NCBI GenBank assembly: GCA_951406725.2
Contig: OX597815.1
Location: forward strand, 197,780,001-197,844,000
Direction of reading: 5' to 3'
Origin: Octopus vulgaris
Lineage: Eukaryota
DNA length: 64,000 nucleotides
In this document: positions 1-12,234 of the stretch, one piece after another
Layout of the letters: every line of letters begins with the position of its first letter
Position numbering within the stretch: the first letter of the stretch is position 1
Made by a program: the position numbers and the translations under genes
The notes under the pieces: generated by a model
The model's database searches: none
The model's input: the letters and a program-made list of their open reading frames with translations, nothing else
Told to the model about the DNA's origin: nothing

Positions 1-735
1 TGGAAACGCCTGTGCAGTTATGTTGGCATCCACCGCATGTAATTGCTTAGATTAAGTTTTCGGAGTTGCGAGTGAAGTTTATTTTTATTTTGCAGGTTTG
101 CCTGTCTTTAAATTTCAGTTCTGCTCCTTCTATTAGGTAAAAGAAGGTGCCATAATTTGTTCTTCCAGATTCTGTCACAGTTCGGTGGGGGATTTATGTC
201 TATGTTCCGGTGAGGATTTGGTTGCCTTTTACTCGGGAGGATTTGGTATCTTTCTAGAAGTTTCTTCATTATTTCGCCTTCAATTAGAATGGGGAGGAAT
301 TTGTGGATATGGTAAAATATTTTCCGTTGTTTTGATTTTCGTATACATTATTTTCTGGATATCAATATGTTTTGGCCTGTCTATTCCATTGATAAATACG
401 CCTAGTGGGAATGTTATTTGAATGAGTATGTTTTTAAGTTCTTCCCGTCTTTTTTCAGACTTAGATGGGTTCACACTATTATGTTAGATTAAAAGGAATA
501 TTCAGTTTGATGTGTTGTGGGTGGCATGAGGTGAATAGAAGGTACTGATTGGTGTCAGCTGGCTTATAGACTATGTCCGTTTCTATTTCCCCATCCTTGT
601 TAGTGATTAAAATATCCAGGAAGGCAAATTCCTTTATGCCAAACTCCACTGTGAACTGGTTTTCATTTTCTTTATGCTTTTTCGGCATATTTTTTAATCT
701 TGTGTGTATTCAAGTTTTCCTTCCATAAGCTAAAG
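1..735 (-). mobile_element. Penelope-like retroelement remnant (RT thumb, linker and start of GIY-YIG endonuclease), frameshifted
   Basis: Minus-strand peptides FLDILITNKDGEIETDIVYKPADTNQYLLFTSCHPQHIKLNIPFNL (PLE RT C-terminus), RREELKNIL..GIDR, and manually read INFTRNSENLI*AITCGGCQHN at ~15-90 (GIY-YIG N-terminus with CxxC). Confidence 0.8.
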
Positions 736-899
736 CAATCATCTAGGAATCTTAAGCAATTTTATTTTTTTAGTTGTGGTTGGAATGTGTCTCCATCGAG
801 AAGAAGTTATTGGGTGTAAATCTTTGGGCCATGAAATCTCATGATTAAATTGGCATATGCAGGGGTTACCTTCGTTCCCAATGCAGTACATATATATAT

Positions 900-1056
900 A
901 TATACGATGGGCTTCTTCAAATTTCTGTCTGCCAAATCCACTCACAAGGTTTTGTTCGGTCCGAGGTTATAGTAGAAGAGCCTTGCCCAATGTACCACGT
1001 ACAAAGTTTGAACTCGGAACCATGTGGTTGGGAAACAAGCTTCTTATCACACAGTG
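900..1056 (-). mobile_element. tRNA-derived SINE family A, 5' half
   Basis: Reverse complement matches the head of the copy at 40141 (ccacatggttccgagttc..ttgggcaag..cttctactata..gtgagtggatttgg); adjoins (TA)n. Confidence 0.8.
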
Positions 1057-1860
1057 AAACCTAATATTTTTTGTTCGTGTATAATGGCAAAATGAATAAG
1101 CAAGCATTCAATGTACGGATATCGATTTCCTCTCTCTTTTTATATATCTGTCTAAACATATTCTCGAGCCCTTCTCTTTATTTATGTATGCGTGAATAGT
1201 GAGAGTTTCTACCCAATCTCCTGTAGGATGGATATAGCGTTTTGTATTTTCATATATATTTTATACACCTACTCCTTTTAAAAGAAACTTAGTAGCAAAA
1301 TAGAACTGTTTCACAGCAGTCACATTTGTATTTGTCTTCTAGAATATAAGCCCGAACTGAATCTAAATAAATGGAATTTATTTAGAAAGATTTAGCTATT
1401 AAAATATTTAGGAATTACTTCATACCATTGAGAGTCAAAGTTATTGTGTAAAAATATTTTAATTTTCTTCACTTATATCTCTTCCGACATGCCGTTCTAA
1501 GACAAGGGCAACCCCACCATAAATGTTACATATCAAACAAAGAAATGGAGCTCGTAAAGGAAAAAACAACTTAATATATACAAATAAACTGATACTAATA
1601 TTTTGCTACACATACGTATTAACCGCAAACAAAATGAAAATATTACTAGAATTCAGTACAAGAAAACTGAACTTTGCAGACAACATTTTCTAAAACAACA
1701 TCAAACGCAAATCCAACTGTATGTTTTTGCTCGGTCAAACGAATATCTGGTAAACAATACGTAAATCTGATCGGTTAAATTTTTCAATATACAGAAATTC
1801 CATTGGTATTATTCATTTCAATAGAAGATAGCAAGAATCAGTCAATATGTAATCCCCGAA

Positions 1861-2050
1861 AAGCGGTGAGTTGTAGAATCGTTGGCATGCCGGTAAAATG
1901 CTTAGCGGCATTTCGTCCATCTTTAATTCTGTTAAAATTCCGGGTTCGATAAAATAAGTACCAGTTGACCACCACTCGTAGAGATAAAATGGACAAACCC
2001 CCCATCCCTCAAAGTTACTGCCATTGTGCCAAAATTTGAAATTAATATTT
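1861..2050 (+). mobile_element. SINE family B, degenerate, alternative tail (..gccattgtgccaaaatttgaaa)
   Basis: Head aagcggtgagttgtagaatcgttggcatgccgg..aaatgc and core tcgataaaataagtaccagttg are shared with the copies at 28001 and 58341. Confidence 0.7.
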
Positions 2051-2254
2051 ATTCCTTGTATATCGACAACGTCGTCTCGTAACCGATTCGCGCTTGGCAA
2101 TATTGACGAACCTATGATACAAAAGAAACTCCTTATTCGGGAATATTCTCCACTGAATTATATGCAACATTATCAAAAATAGAACTAGTAGAATATTAAG
2201 TCGCAAATAGTAGAAAGCACCCGACAATATTTATTTAGCTGCAAAATATATGTT

Positions 2255-2548
2255 GTGGAGGCACATGGCTTAGTGGTTAGAGCAGCAGACTCGCAGTCGA
2301 GAGATCGTGAGTTCGAATCTCAGATCGGGCTATGTGTGTGTTTATGAGCGAAACTCCTTACCTCCACGCGGCTCCTGTAGAAGGTAATGGCGAACTTCTG
2401 CATGACTCTTCCGCCACAACTTTCATTCTTTCCTCCTGCATCTTGCAGCTCACCTGCGACGGACCGGCGTCTTTTCCAGGTGGGGATTCTATATGCCAAG
2501 GAAACCTCCCCTTATGAGCTCGGTGTGGCTCGAGAAGGGACAAACAAT
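2255..2548 (+). mobile_element. tRNA-derived SINE family C with V-domain-like central block
   Basis: Pol III A box tggcttagtgg and B box gttcgaatc; block cctgcgacggaccggcgtc..tccagg resembles the V-SINE domain; 3' stem-loop gagc..tgtg..gctc followed by acaaacaa. Confidence 0.7.
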
Positions 2549-3314
2549 ACATTTGTCATCTACTTGAGAGTCATCTACTTGACTCCCGGCTCAATTATTT
2601 TAAAGAAAAAGGACGCTGTGGATTCACTACAATAGAATGTTTCGTTGTGCAACATAAATTATTTCAAGGTCACTCAAGTGAGTGTGAAAGATAGTGAGAG
2701 AGGAAACTACAAAGAAGAGCTAATGAAGGATGACTAAACATGTCAGCCGAATTTTCAATCACGGAACACTGATCAACACTTTTGTGTTTGTCGGTATTTA
2801 ACTTGAAACACACACCCGCGCATAAGATACAATAATGGATTTTAGCTGACGCTGTAACGCGTACACCAATCCCCTCACTTTCTGCATATACACACACAGA
2901 TATACACGCATGCACACGTGTCTGTATTGATTGTATCTGTATAAACGAGTCTAAACGTAAATTAAGTAACTGTTTTGGAACACAGAATGATTGCTACTGA
3001 TTAAAAAAAAAAAAAAAAAATGCAGCTACAAAACGATGAAAACCTATACAGAATACAATGACAGTGACACACAAATTTCCAGTTGTATCCATTTGTAATA
3101 TACATGAAATCTGGTTGTAAGAATGTGACGTATATATAAAAAAAGAAGTTAAAGAAATGCTCTAGGTTATAGTTTCAAAAGACGCGTGCACGAATTGTGA
3201 GAATGTTACAAAATGCGCACCCGCTGACACAGGGACAAATACTAGGAAAAGAAGAAACTATACAATAATATATACAGAAATGCACATGCACGTACAGCTA
3301 CACCTTCATTTATA

Positions 3315-3413
3315 CATATATACATGCATAAATGTATATACATATATATGTATGTGTATATATACACATATATGTATATATATATGTATATATTCATATA
3401 TATATGTATATAT

Positions 3414-3486
<73 letters not shown>

Positions 3487-3537
3487 TATATACATATATA
3501 TATATATACATATATGTGTATATATACATACATACAT

Positions 3538-3617
<80 letters not shown>

Positions 3618-3790
3618 CTACTTCTCTTACGAAAGGTGTTTGCATACATTTATATGTATATAAACACATACTTGTGCATAAATACACACACAAACACGCA
3701 CACACAAACACACACACACGTATATCTTCATTCACATACACTCACAAACATTCACACACACACACACACACATACATACACACACATGTA
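3315..3790. repeat. Compound (TA)n/(CA)n microsatellite
   Basis: Direct reading; source of the YI/HT/CV ORF artefacts. Confidence 0.95.
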
Positions 3791-4189
3791 TACGGCAAAC
3801 TATTCAATGTTTCCATGGAACATTCACTCTATAAATATTAGATGAAGAGCAGATAATAGAAAGTGATTATTTAATGCAACACTCCGATCCCAATCATAAA
3901 TTATTACTAAAAGCACGTATACAGAATACAGATAAAAGTAGTTTTTTTTTTTGTTTAGCCATTTAAGTAATATAGAAATACGCTGAAGAATGAGAAAATG
4001 AATCCTGATGGTCTTCATCCATAAAGGTAATAAGTCTCTACAGAATAGTTTCTAACACGAATACTGGGACTCGTGTCTGGCAGGTAATCTGTTTGCACGG
4101 AACTAAATGGCAGAGGAATATTTCATCAAAAGCTTGTAACGCGGGCGTTAATATGTTTTTAATTTATGCCGACATATATCATATCTTTC

Positions 4190-4199
4190 TGTCTATCTA

Positions 4200-4276
<77 letters not shown>

Positions 4277-4293
4277 TTATTTATCTATCTATA

Positions 4294-4344
<51 letters not shown>

Positions 4345-4363
4345 CTAATTATCTATGCATCTA

Positions 4364-4412
<49 letters not shown>

Positions 4413-4499
4413 ATATATATATCTATCTATCTATCTATTTATCTATCTATTTATTTATCTATCTATTTATTTATCTATCTATCTAGCTATCTATCTATC
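4190..4499. repeat. (ATCT)n/GATA microsatellite, 5' flank of Tx1 LINE
   Basis: Direct reading. Confidence 0.95.
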
Positions 4500-7042
4500 T
4501 TAGCCAGAGATAGAAGTAGAGTAGAGGGTGAGCTAGTTAAGAAGCTAGAAGAGGCAATTAGAAGCGGCATCACATCCGACGTTTTGGCGGCGAGGTTGGC
4601 CCTCGACCAAGACTTCAACGCCAAACACGAAGGATGTGCTGTCAGAGCTAGGATGCGTGCTCTAAGGAACGAAGGTGTTGGAGCCGCGAGAGAGGCCCGG
4701 GTGGCAGAGGCGCAACAGGGCAACAAAGCCACCATTCGGTCCCTGGTAGATGAACAGGGGCGCGAATTGCTCGAGCCAAGTAAAATGTGTGAGGCCTTTC
4801 AGCAGCATTTTGCCCGACTGTTCGGAACGAGTGGAGGGCAATAACGTAGGGTGGACTTCAGTGCCTACCTACATAGCCTACCACGACTCTCGACAAGAAA
4901 GGCAGGGTGCTGCGAAGGTGCCATCACGGCGGCGGAAGTGCAGGAAGCGATGGCAGAATGCTCGAGGGACAAATCACCGGGTTTGAATGGTCTACCCTAC
5001 GAGCTTTACAATTGTATGCCAGACTTGTTTGGAGATCTCTTGGCGGCGGTGTACTGCAACTGGCAGCAAAACGGGAGCATTCCTGGTTTTGTGAGCCGAG
5101 GAGCCGTAACACTGCTGAAGAAAGATCTAAACAAGGGAAATGTAATAGATAACTTTAGGCCCATCACTCTGCTTAATGCAGACTTGAAAATTTTGGCCAA
5201 GGTGCTAGCCAAGAGGTTGGCGCTTGTCATCGAGAAACTGGTCGACAAGGCGCAAACATGCGCCGTGCCAGGCCGGACCATGCATGACAACCTCCACCTG
5301 ATGCGCTACATCATAGACAGGGTAGTTAACGAACCTGGCATGGGTGGGGCGCTGATCAATTTGGATCAATCGAAAGTTTTCGATAGGGTGGACCATCGAT
5401 ACTTGGAGGCGGTCCTCGGAGCGGCTGGCTTCGGTCCCGTCTTCCGCGGCTGGATAGCCGCTTTGTACAGAGGCATCCGTTCGGTAATTCGCGTGAATGG
5501 ACATCTATCGTGACCCTTCGACATCGCACGTTCGGTCCATCAGGGATGCCCCCTCTCGTCGCTTCTATACGTATTGACTCTCGAGCCATTATTGCGGAAG
5601 CTGGCAACCTTGAGAGGCATCCCGCGAGAACTGGGATGCGGGACGAGCGTGTCTGCATACGCGGACGACGTCACCGTCATAGTGTCTAGCCACGAGCACA
5701 TCGAGCAGGTCGGCGAGACAATGAAAAACTACGAAGCGGTGACAGGAGCGAAAATCAACCGGGAAAAGTCAGTGGGCTTGCGACTAGGCACCTGGAGAAG
5801 CAAGCCCATGCCGTCCACCAGCGCCTCCGTCGTGGGACGCTGGACCGACGGCCCGGTTGAGTTGCTCGGGGTCTGGTTTGGTCCGGACCTCCAAGTGGAG
5901 AAGAACTGGAACGAGATAACGAGTAGGGTGGTCACTCTCGCCCGGCAATGGGCCGAGAGGAAACTGTCCCTAAAAGGTCGGGCGGAGGTGGTGAACACGT
6001 ACATCGCGTCCGTCATCTACTACCGCCTGACCGTCGTACCTTGTCCCGACCCTACCATCACCAAACTACAACGCATTCTCTTTCGCTTCTTGTGGAAAGG
6101 ATGCGTTCCGATGGTCAGGCGATCCATTTGCTGTCAACACCCGTTAAAAGGAGGGCTGGGCATGCCGTGGTTGATGATGAGCAGACACGCGCTGAGACTG
6201 CGACATCTCTGGCTCTATGTAGACGACGGTGAACAGGTGTGGTCGCCGTTTGTGAGGCACGCTTTCCCGCAGCTCGTTTCCATGACCGAACTGCAGTCGT
6301 GGATCAAAAAGAGGCCGAGGAAGGGCGAATGGCACCGCGAGTGTCGCGTTGCTCTCAAGCAACTCTGCCGTCCTGGGTCGACCTTGAGTAACTTCAACAC
6401 AACCAAAGCATTCTATAGGGGTTTAGTGGAGGGGAGGTACGACGACGAGCTCGGGGCGAACCTGGACGTCGACGAGGAGTACCTGACCCGCCTGTTCAGG
6501 ACGACTTTCGGGCCAGAGCCCATGGACAACTTCCAGAGATCCCTGGCCTGGCAGTGCTACCGAGAAGCGCTACCCGTTCGGGATAAGCTCTACAGACACG
6601 GCTCGAGAAACACGGGGCCGACCTGCCCGAGATGCGGTCAGAGCGACGAAACCGTTCTGCACGCACTCGTGCAGTGTCCAACAATTTCCGACCTGTGGGC
6701 TTATGTCGAACAACTGCTGTCACGTGTGGGACGAGTCGGTTTATCAGCTGAGTCTATCGTCAATATTGTCACGCCTCCTTCCTTCAAACGGGAAGGAAGA
6801 GCTATTTTCATCATCCTTGTGTCTATGGCGAAAGAATGTATCTGGTGGACGCGTCTGAAAGGATTGGAGACAAACACTTTCCTCTCTGGTCAATCTCTCA
6901 TCAACTTCTTCAAGTACCACTTGAAAAGGAAAGTGAGAGTAGAGAGGCAAGTTTTGTCTAGCGAATGTTTTAAAAAAGATGGGTGAATGTAGCAAGAATT
7001 GCACGTATGAATGACGAAGCCACCTTGAGCATGATCCTATGA
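4500..7042 (+). pseudogene. Tx1-like ORF2 (reverse transcriptase plus CCHC zinc knuckle), disrupted
   Basis: One frame across ORFs 4584/4851/5574 with stops at 4842-4844 and 5511-5513. Motifs KSPGLNGLPYE, NFRPITLLNADLKILAKVLA, QTCAVPGR, LDQSKVFDRVDH, QGCPLS, AYADD, KGGLGMP, CPRCGQSDETVLHALVQC. Restoring one A in the A-run at ~6972-6977 gives FKKRWVNVARIARMNDEATLSMIL* ending at 7042. Confidence 0.92.
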
Positions 7043-7420
7043 ACCCAGAAATTGAAAACAGAGAGTTGCTTATTCGCAAAAAAAAAAAAAAAAAAAAAGA
7101 AATATAACATGTGACTCCATTGACCGAGGTTATCGTGGTCTTTTCCGTAGGCTTTTCTTTCCACGGGTAAACCTCACCTGTCCTCCCCTTTACACTTCAT
7201 ATTGACATTTCTGTGATAACGATCCCTATTGATCAATTTTTTTTTCATCTCCCTTTTTTTTTACCCCCTTTTTTTGTCCTCTTTCTCTCCTTTTACGATC
7301 CCTTTTGATCGAAACTCCCCCTTCCTTTTTTTTTTTTTTTTTTTAAACCTTCAAAAGAAAAGCTCTACCTTGTAATTTGTTCTATCTGTGTGCAGCCCTG
7401 TGTGGCTAATAATGAAACAT
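4500..7420 (+). mobile_element. Tx1-clade (L1 group) non-LTR retrotransposon, 5'-truncated (endonuclease missing), with ~380-bp 3'UTR
   Basis: GC-rich block bounded by ATCT arrays; ORF2 motifs (see pseudogene entry); pyrimidine-rich 3'UTR ending aataatgaaacat; the same 3'UTR recurs at 61837-62181. Confidence 0.93.
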
Positions 7421-7490
7421 ATCTATCTATCTAATTATCTATGCATCTAATTATCTATCTATCTATCTATCTATCTGTCTGTCTGTCAGT
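7421..7490. repeat. (ATCT)n 3' flank containing a duplicated target marker
   Basis: ctaattatctatgcatctaattatct occurs at both 4345-4370 and 7431-7456. Confidence 0.9.
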
Positions 7491-8047
7491 CTTTCTATCT
7501 TTCTACGTATCACTGAAAATATATGAAGTAATATAAAGCTTACTCTCTATTCTCTTATGTCAAGTGTTTGTCGTTTCAATTTATGAATGAACAGAAAATT
7601 GTGATCTTGAAATGCTTTGAAATAGTTTAGAAGGAATACTTCGAAGCGATTTTATTTTACTAATGAATTTATCATCATTAAACCAGATAATTTCTGATTT
7701 GTTATGCGGAGTTCGGTTTTGTTCGATGATCATGCTTTATCTACAAAAGGTAGTTTGTCAGAATGCGGTTTTGCGATCGTGATAGAAATTTTGTGATTAA
7801 TGAATTTGAAATTGAGAGAAACAAGCACCACAATATTTGACGAACTTCTGCAAAAAGTGTCACGTGATAAAAATGGGTGCCTTTGATCCGTTCTTGAGGG
7901 AAGAATAACGAACCAGTAATGAACACGAGGTTATTCAATCTAATAATACCGTTCAACCCCAAATCTTCTATTCGAGTTATTAATATTTATAATGATTACT
8001 TTTTCAACTTTAATGAATTGTCCATACGTTTGAATCTAAAATATTAA

Positions 8048-8437
<390 letters not shown>

Positions 8438-8705
8438 CACGTATGTGTATCTGTGTGTATGGCGTTAAAATTTCTCTTGGTCGAAACTGCAACAAGTTTC
8501 GAATCACTGACAAAATATTTTGCTGCGTCCGAAAATTTTCGCCTTGGCTTATTCTTTTGTTCCTTTCCTCATTGTTGGAATAGGTCAGTCATTCATGTTT
8601 ATCAGTAGATATATTTGAATAATCATAATTCTTTTACTTAAATACAAGTTCTGCTCTGCAAAATGAAGTGAAGCATCACATATTTCGTCCATTGAACTTC
8701 AGTTA

Positions 8706-8828
8706 CTAAGTCTTTGTTCGGCTTGAAGCTGTTGTAGAAGACACTTGCCCAAAGTTCCACGGGGCGTGACTAGACGCGGTAACATGTAGTTGGGTAGTAA
8801 ATTTCTTACCACCCAACCATGCCTGCAT
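8706..8828 (-). mobile_element. SINE family A 5' fragment, degenerate
   Basis: gtagaagacacttgcccaa...catgtagttggg...cttaccac..ccatgcctgc matches the family A head (reverse complement). Confidence 0.7.
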
Positions 8829-9699
8829 CAAAATAATTGTTATTGTAATATTCATTACAGTGTATATGAGCAATAGAATTTTATTTATTGTTTTTCTACC
8901 TAAATACTGCAACTATTGAACCATGAGTCTAGAAATTAGTTATTAATAGATTTTCTCTTGAAAAGTTAGAAATTTTGTCAGTCCCTTAGGATATATGATT
9001 TTAGTAACCGAACAAATTTCTTAGCTTATTTCAAAATATTTGACAATTGCATTTGTTACATACTATACATATTAGTTGTTTATTACATCTACTATTTCGA
9101 ATTAATTTATATTCGTATATGCAGAGAACATATACGTATATTAAACCTAACAATTAATAGTTTCTTCATTTACATTTGTTAGTTATTGTTAGTTATTATA
9201 CAGCACCTGCTCGGTAATGTGAATTTAGATTCGTTCTCAGAAAACTGTATGTGACTATGATTTTATGTTAACAACAGACTATGTGGTGTTTGACTTGTTT
9301 TTTTCTTTTTGCTTTAGTTTAAATGATTAATTCCAACGTAAGCTTTAAAACATTGCAATGAATAAGAAGAATAACAGTGTAACAACATTTGCTTATATTA
9401 ATGACCAGCTGTGGAATTATTGAAATTAAAATATATTAGTAAGATTGCAATTAATCACTATATTTTATGACAAATTTTCCTTGTTACAGAATTTCAATAA
9501 CCATTAAGTAGCAGAATTAAATGTTTTGGCTTTTTAAATAGAAGCTCAGAATAGAAATATCTTACCTGTGATAGCTGTTTAGGTCGTGTTAAATTATAGT
9601 AAAACTTTAAAAAAAACACGCAATGAATTTTTACAAGACGAGAGATATGGTATAAAAAGATTGGACTAACTATTCTAGTGAGTCCATTTTTCTTAGAAT

Positions 9700-10060
9700 G
9701 TAACCTGGCCGGGACTTCCTCAACATACAGGGAATTTCAGTTGCTGACGCGAAAACATTTACATAGTAAGTCTCATAAGTAATCGGTCTCGCCAGTAATG
9801 AAGTGATGGGAAAGCTAGTTCCAAAGACTCACGGTTCTTGGTCATTAGGTAATCGATGAGAAAGTGAAAGAGATCGGTGGTGGCTACGCAGCCCTGTCTG
9901 ACCACGCTGCTGATGCGGAACCAGTCAGAGTTCAGCCCCTTCACACAGCACTCTGCACTGTGATAAAGCGGTTGGAGTAGTGCAGAGATCTTTGGAGATT
10001 CACCGACGAGCTTGATAATTTTCCAGAAAGCTGCTTTGAGGTCGTCGCAGGATGTGTAGA
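9700..10060 (-). mobile_element. RTE-like LINE reverse transcriptase fragment
   Basis: Peptide PKISALLQPLYHSAECCVKGLNSDWFRISSVVRQGCVATTDLFHFLIDYLM (non-LTR RT, GVRQGCV region). Confidence 0.75.
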
Positions 10061-10543
10061 GGTGACGAACGTTGTGGAACTCCTGAGCTTTTTTCAATGC
10101 TGGTAGGAACATGTCTCTAATTAGATCATTTTACCAGGGCTAACTCTTATTCAACACAGTAGCTGTGATTTATAAGTGGCATCGTTGCAGAACCTGTACC
10201 AGATGGCTGCATGTGAATGGGGAAGATCTTCAGAAGCTTCATGTCACCTTGGAGAATACAGAGTGGTTCGCACATATATATATATATATATGTAGAAGGT
10301 TCAAAAGGAACACACGTGTTGATATATATGGAAAAAAGTCAAGGTAAAAAAATGCTAAAATAATTTTATAAAAAGACATTTCATTACCGGTTTCAGTCAT
10401 TGAGACTTTTTCAAATGTAAGTATGGAAAACAATTAAATTTTGGATAAATTAAAATTGAATTCCATATATATAATTACATATATATATAAATAAACATAT
10501 AAATGTACCTACACATATGTGTGTGTGCATGTGCATGTATATG

Positions 10544-10595
<52 letters not shown>

Positions 10596-11506
10596 ACATC
10601 AGTAAATGTTAAGAACACCATAAATCCATATGTCAACCCTCGTCTACATAAGGAAAATATTGATGTCATACATGGTCTAGAACAAACGTAATAACACCCC
10701 TGTATAATATTTTAATATAATTGACAGGTTTAAAAATATTCATCCTGGAACAAAATGAATGCTTGAGATTATACTTATAGAATATATATATTTTTCCGTT
10801 TTAAGTTATCGATTTTCATCACGCATAATAGTTTACTGCTTCCCTCATCGTGCTGAAAATATTTATCAATAATTGACGCAAAACACATAAATACAGATCT
10901 AAAATATTCTAAAATATTATAATTATGGGGTATTTAGAGAATATAATTTAAATGTGGAATTTATTGCAAACTGATTTTCGTAAAATCATTACAACGGAAA
11001 GAATAAGCGAACAACATATGCATATATTTTCTTGAAAGCTAATTTTCAGAAAGAATTATACGAAAACAAATTACGATACTAAAGAAATATGAGATAATTG
11101 TTGTTTAAAGTATGTGTTATATATTTAAGTATCATAATAAAAAGCACACATCTGAGAAACCTCAGTGGATTGAAAATTGATACTGAATATAAGAATTATT
11201 ATCATCTCATCAAAGAAATAAATTAGAAACCTAAAAATTATAGACTTTGTGTTTTTCGGATTCTATAGAACATTTATTACATAATCTGTGCATTGTTAAA
11301 TACATGTTTATAACTAAGTTTAATATAAATATCTGGAGTAATAACATTGTATGGCAGAAGTGCTAATCCACCAACATGAGCAAGTTGAACAAGTTAAAGC
11401 ATAAGTTTTCGACGCCTAAACTTTATTTTGGTCCAACACACACACATAGACGTAAGTGTCTGTGTGTTCCTTATAATAAAACGTTGTAAAATGTCTTATA
11501 TGATAT

Positions 11507-11569
<63 letters not shown>

Positions 11570-11571
<2 letters not shown>

Positions 11572-11857
11572 TATTTGAGGGAATAAAATCCAAACTTACA
11601 AGGAAAAGAATTCAATTTAGAAATACTAAATCAAATTCCACAACGATATAATATTTATAAAATATTAGAAAAAAACACCTTTTATCAATTCAAAATTAAT
11701 AATTAAATTAATCTAGAAAATTAAATATAATAGAAAAGTTAAAATTAAAATAACAATTAAAAAGTAAAGATTAAGTAAATTTCAAGAATAATATAATGTA
11801 TATAATAGGTGATATAATTCATTTTGAATTGATAAAAGGTGTTTGTTTTTTCTAATA

Positions 11858-11861
<4 letters not shown>
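11570..11861. mobile_element. AT-rich PLE-type terminal fragment with terminal inversion, between (TA)n runs
   Basis: 11662-11697 is inverted at 11821-11858; start gggaataaaatccaaacttacaa is shared with ~29420. Confidence 0.55.
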
Positions 11862-11902
<41 letters not shown>

Positions 11903-11931
11903 CAAAATAAAAACATGATGCCAAGGATTCA

Positions 11932-12009
11932 GCGGTACATATGTTTCGGGCCTTTATTAGACGGATTTATAACAATGCATAATGTATGTCTGTGGCCTTC
12001 TTCAGCCGC
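11932..12009 (-). ncRNA. Type-I hammerhead ribozyme motif (PLE/retrozyme type)
   Basis: Minus strand GCGG-CUGAAGA-AGGCC...GGCCC-GAAA-CAUAUG-UA-CCGC: complete core, 4-bp stem I, palindromic stem III, GUA cleavage triplet. Confidence 0.8.
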
Positions 12010-12195
12010 GCACAACAACTTTCACAAGGACATGTATTACATCAAAAATTCTTGGTTGGGGATGCAAATCCTCTCATTCGCGTACGACATAATGCGGCAA
12101 CAGCATAAAAATGAAGCGTCCATCTCGTTCTTCTCTCAATGTAGAATGAGGAAATTTGGATGTTGAAGTAATGTGAATAAATGTACTCACCCCGA

Positions 12196-12231
<36 letters not shown>

Positions 12232-12234
<3 letters not shown>

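Noticed and set aside
1813-2100. 95-aa minus-strand ORF with protein-like composition
   Set aside because: It is the antisense reading of a degenerate SINE-B copy.
2257-2330. tRNA gene candidate
   Set aside because: A and B boxes are present, but there is no closing acceptor stem or T-run terminator, and the sequence continues into a SINE body.
3242-3845. Long ORFs of YI/HT/CV repeats (also at 8.2, 23.3, 30.3, 43.7, 56.1 and 61.3 kb)
   Set aside because: Translations of (TA)n/(CA)n microsatellites, which lack stop codons.
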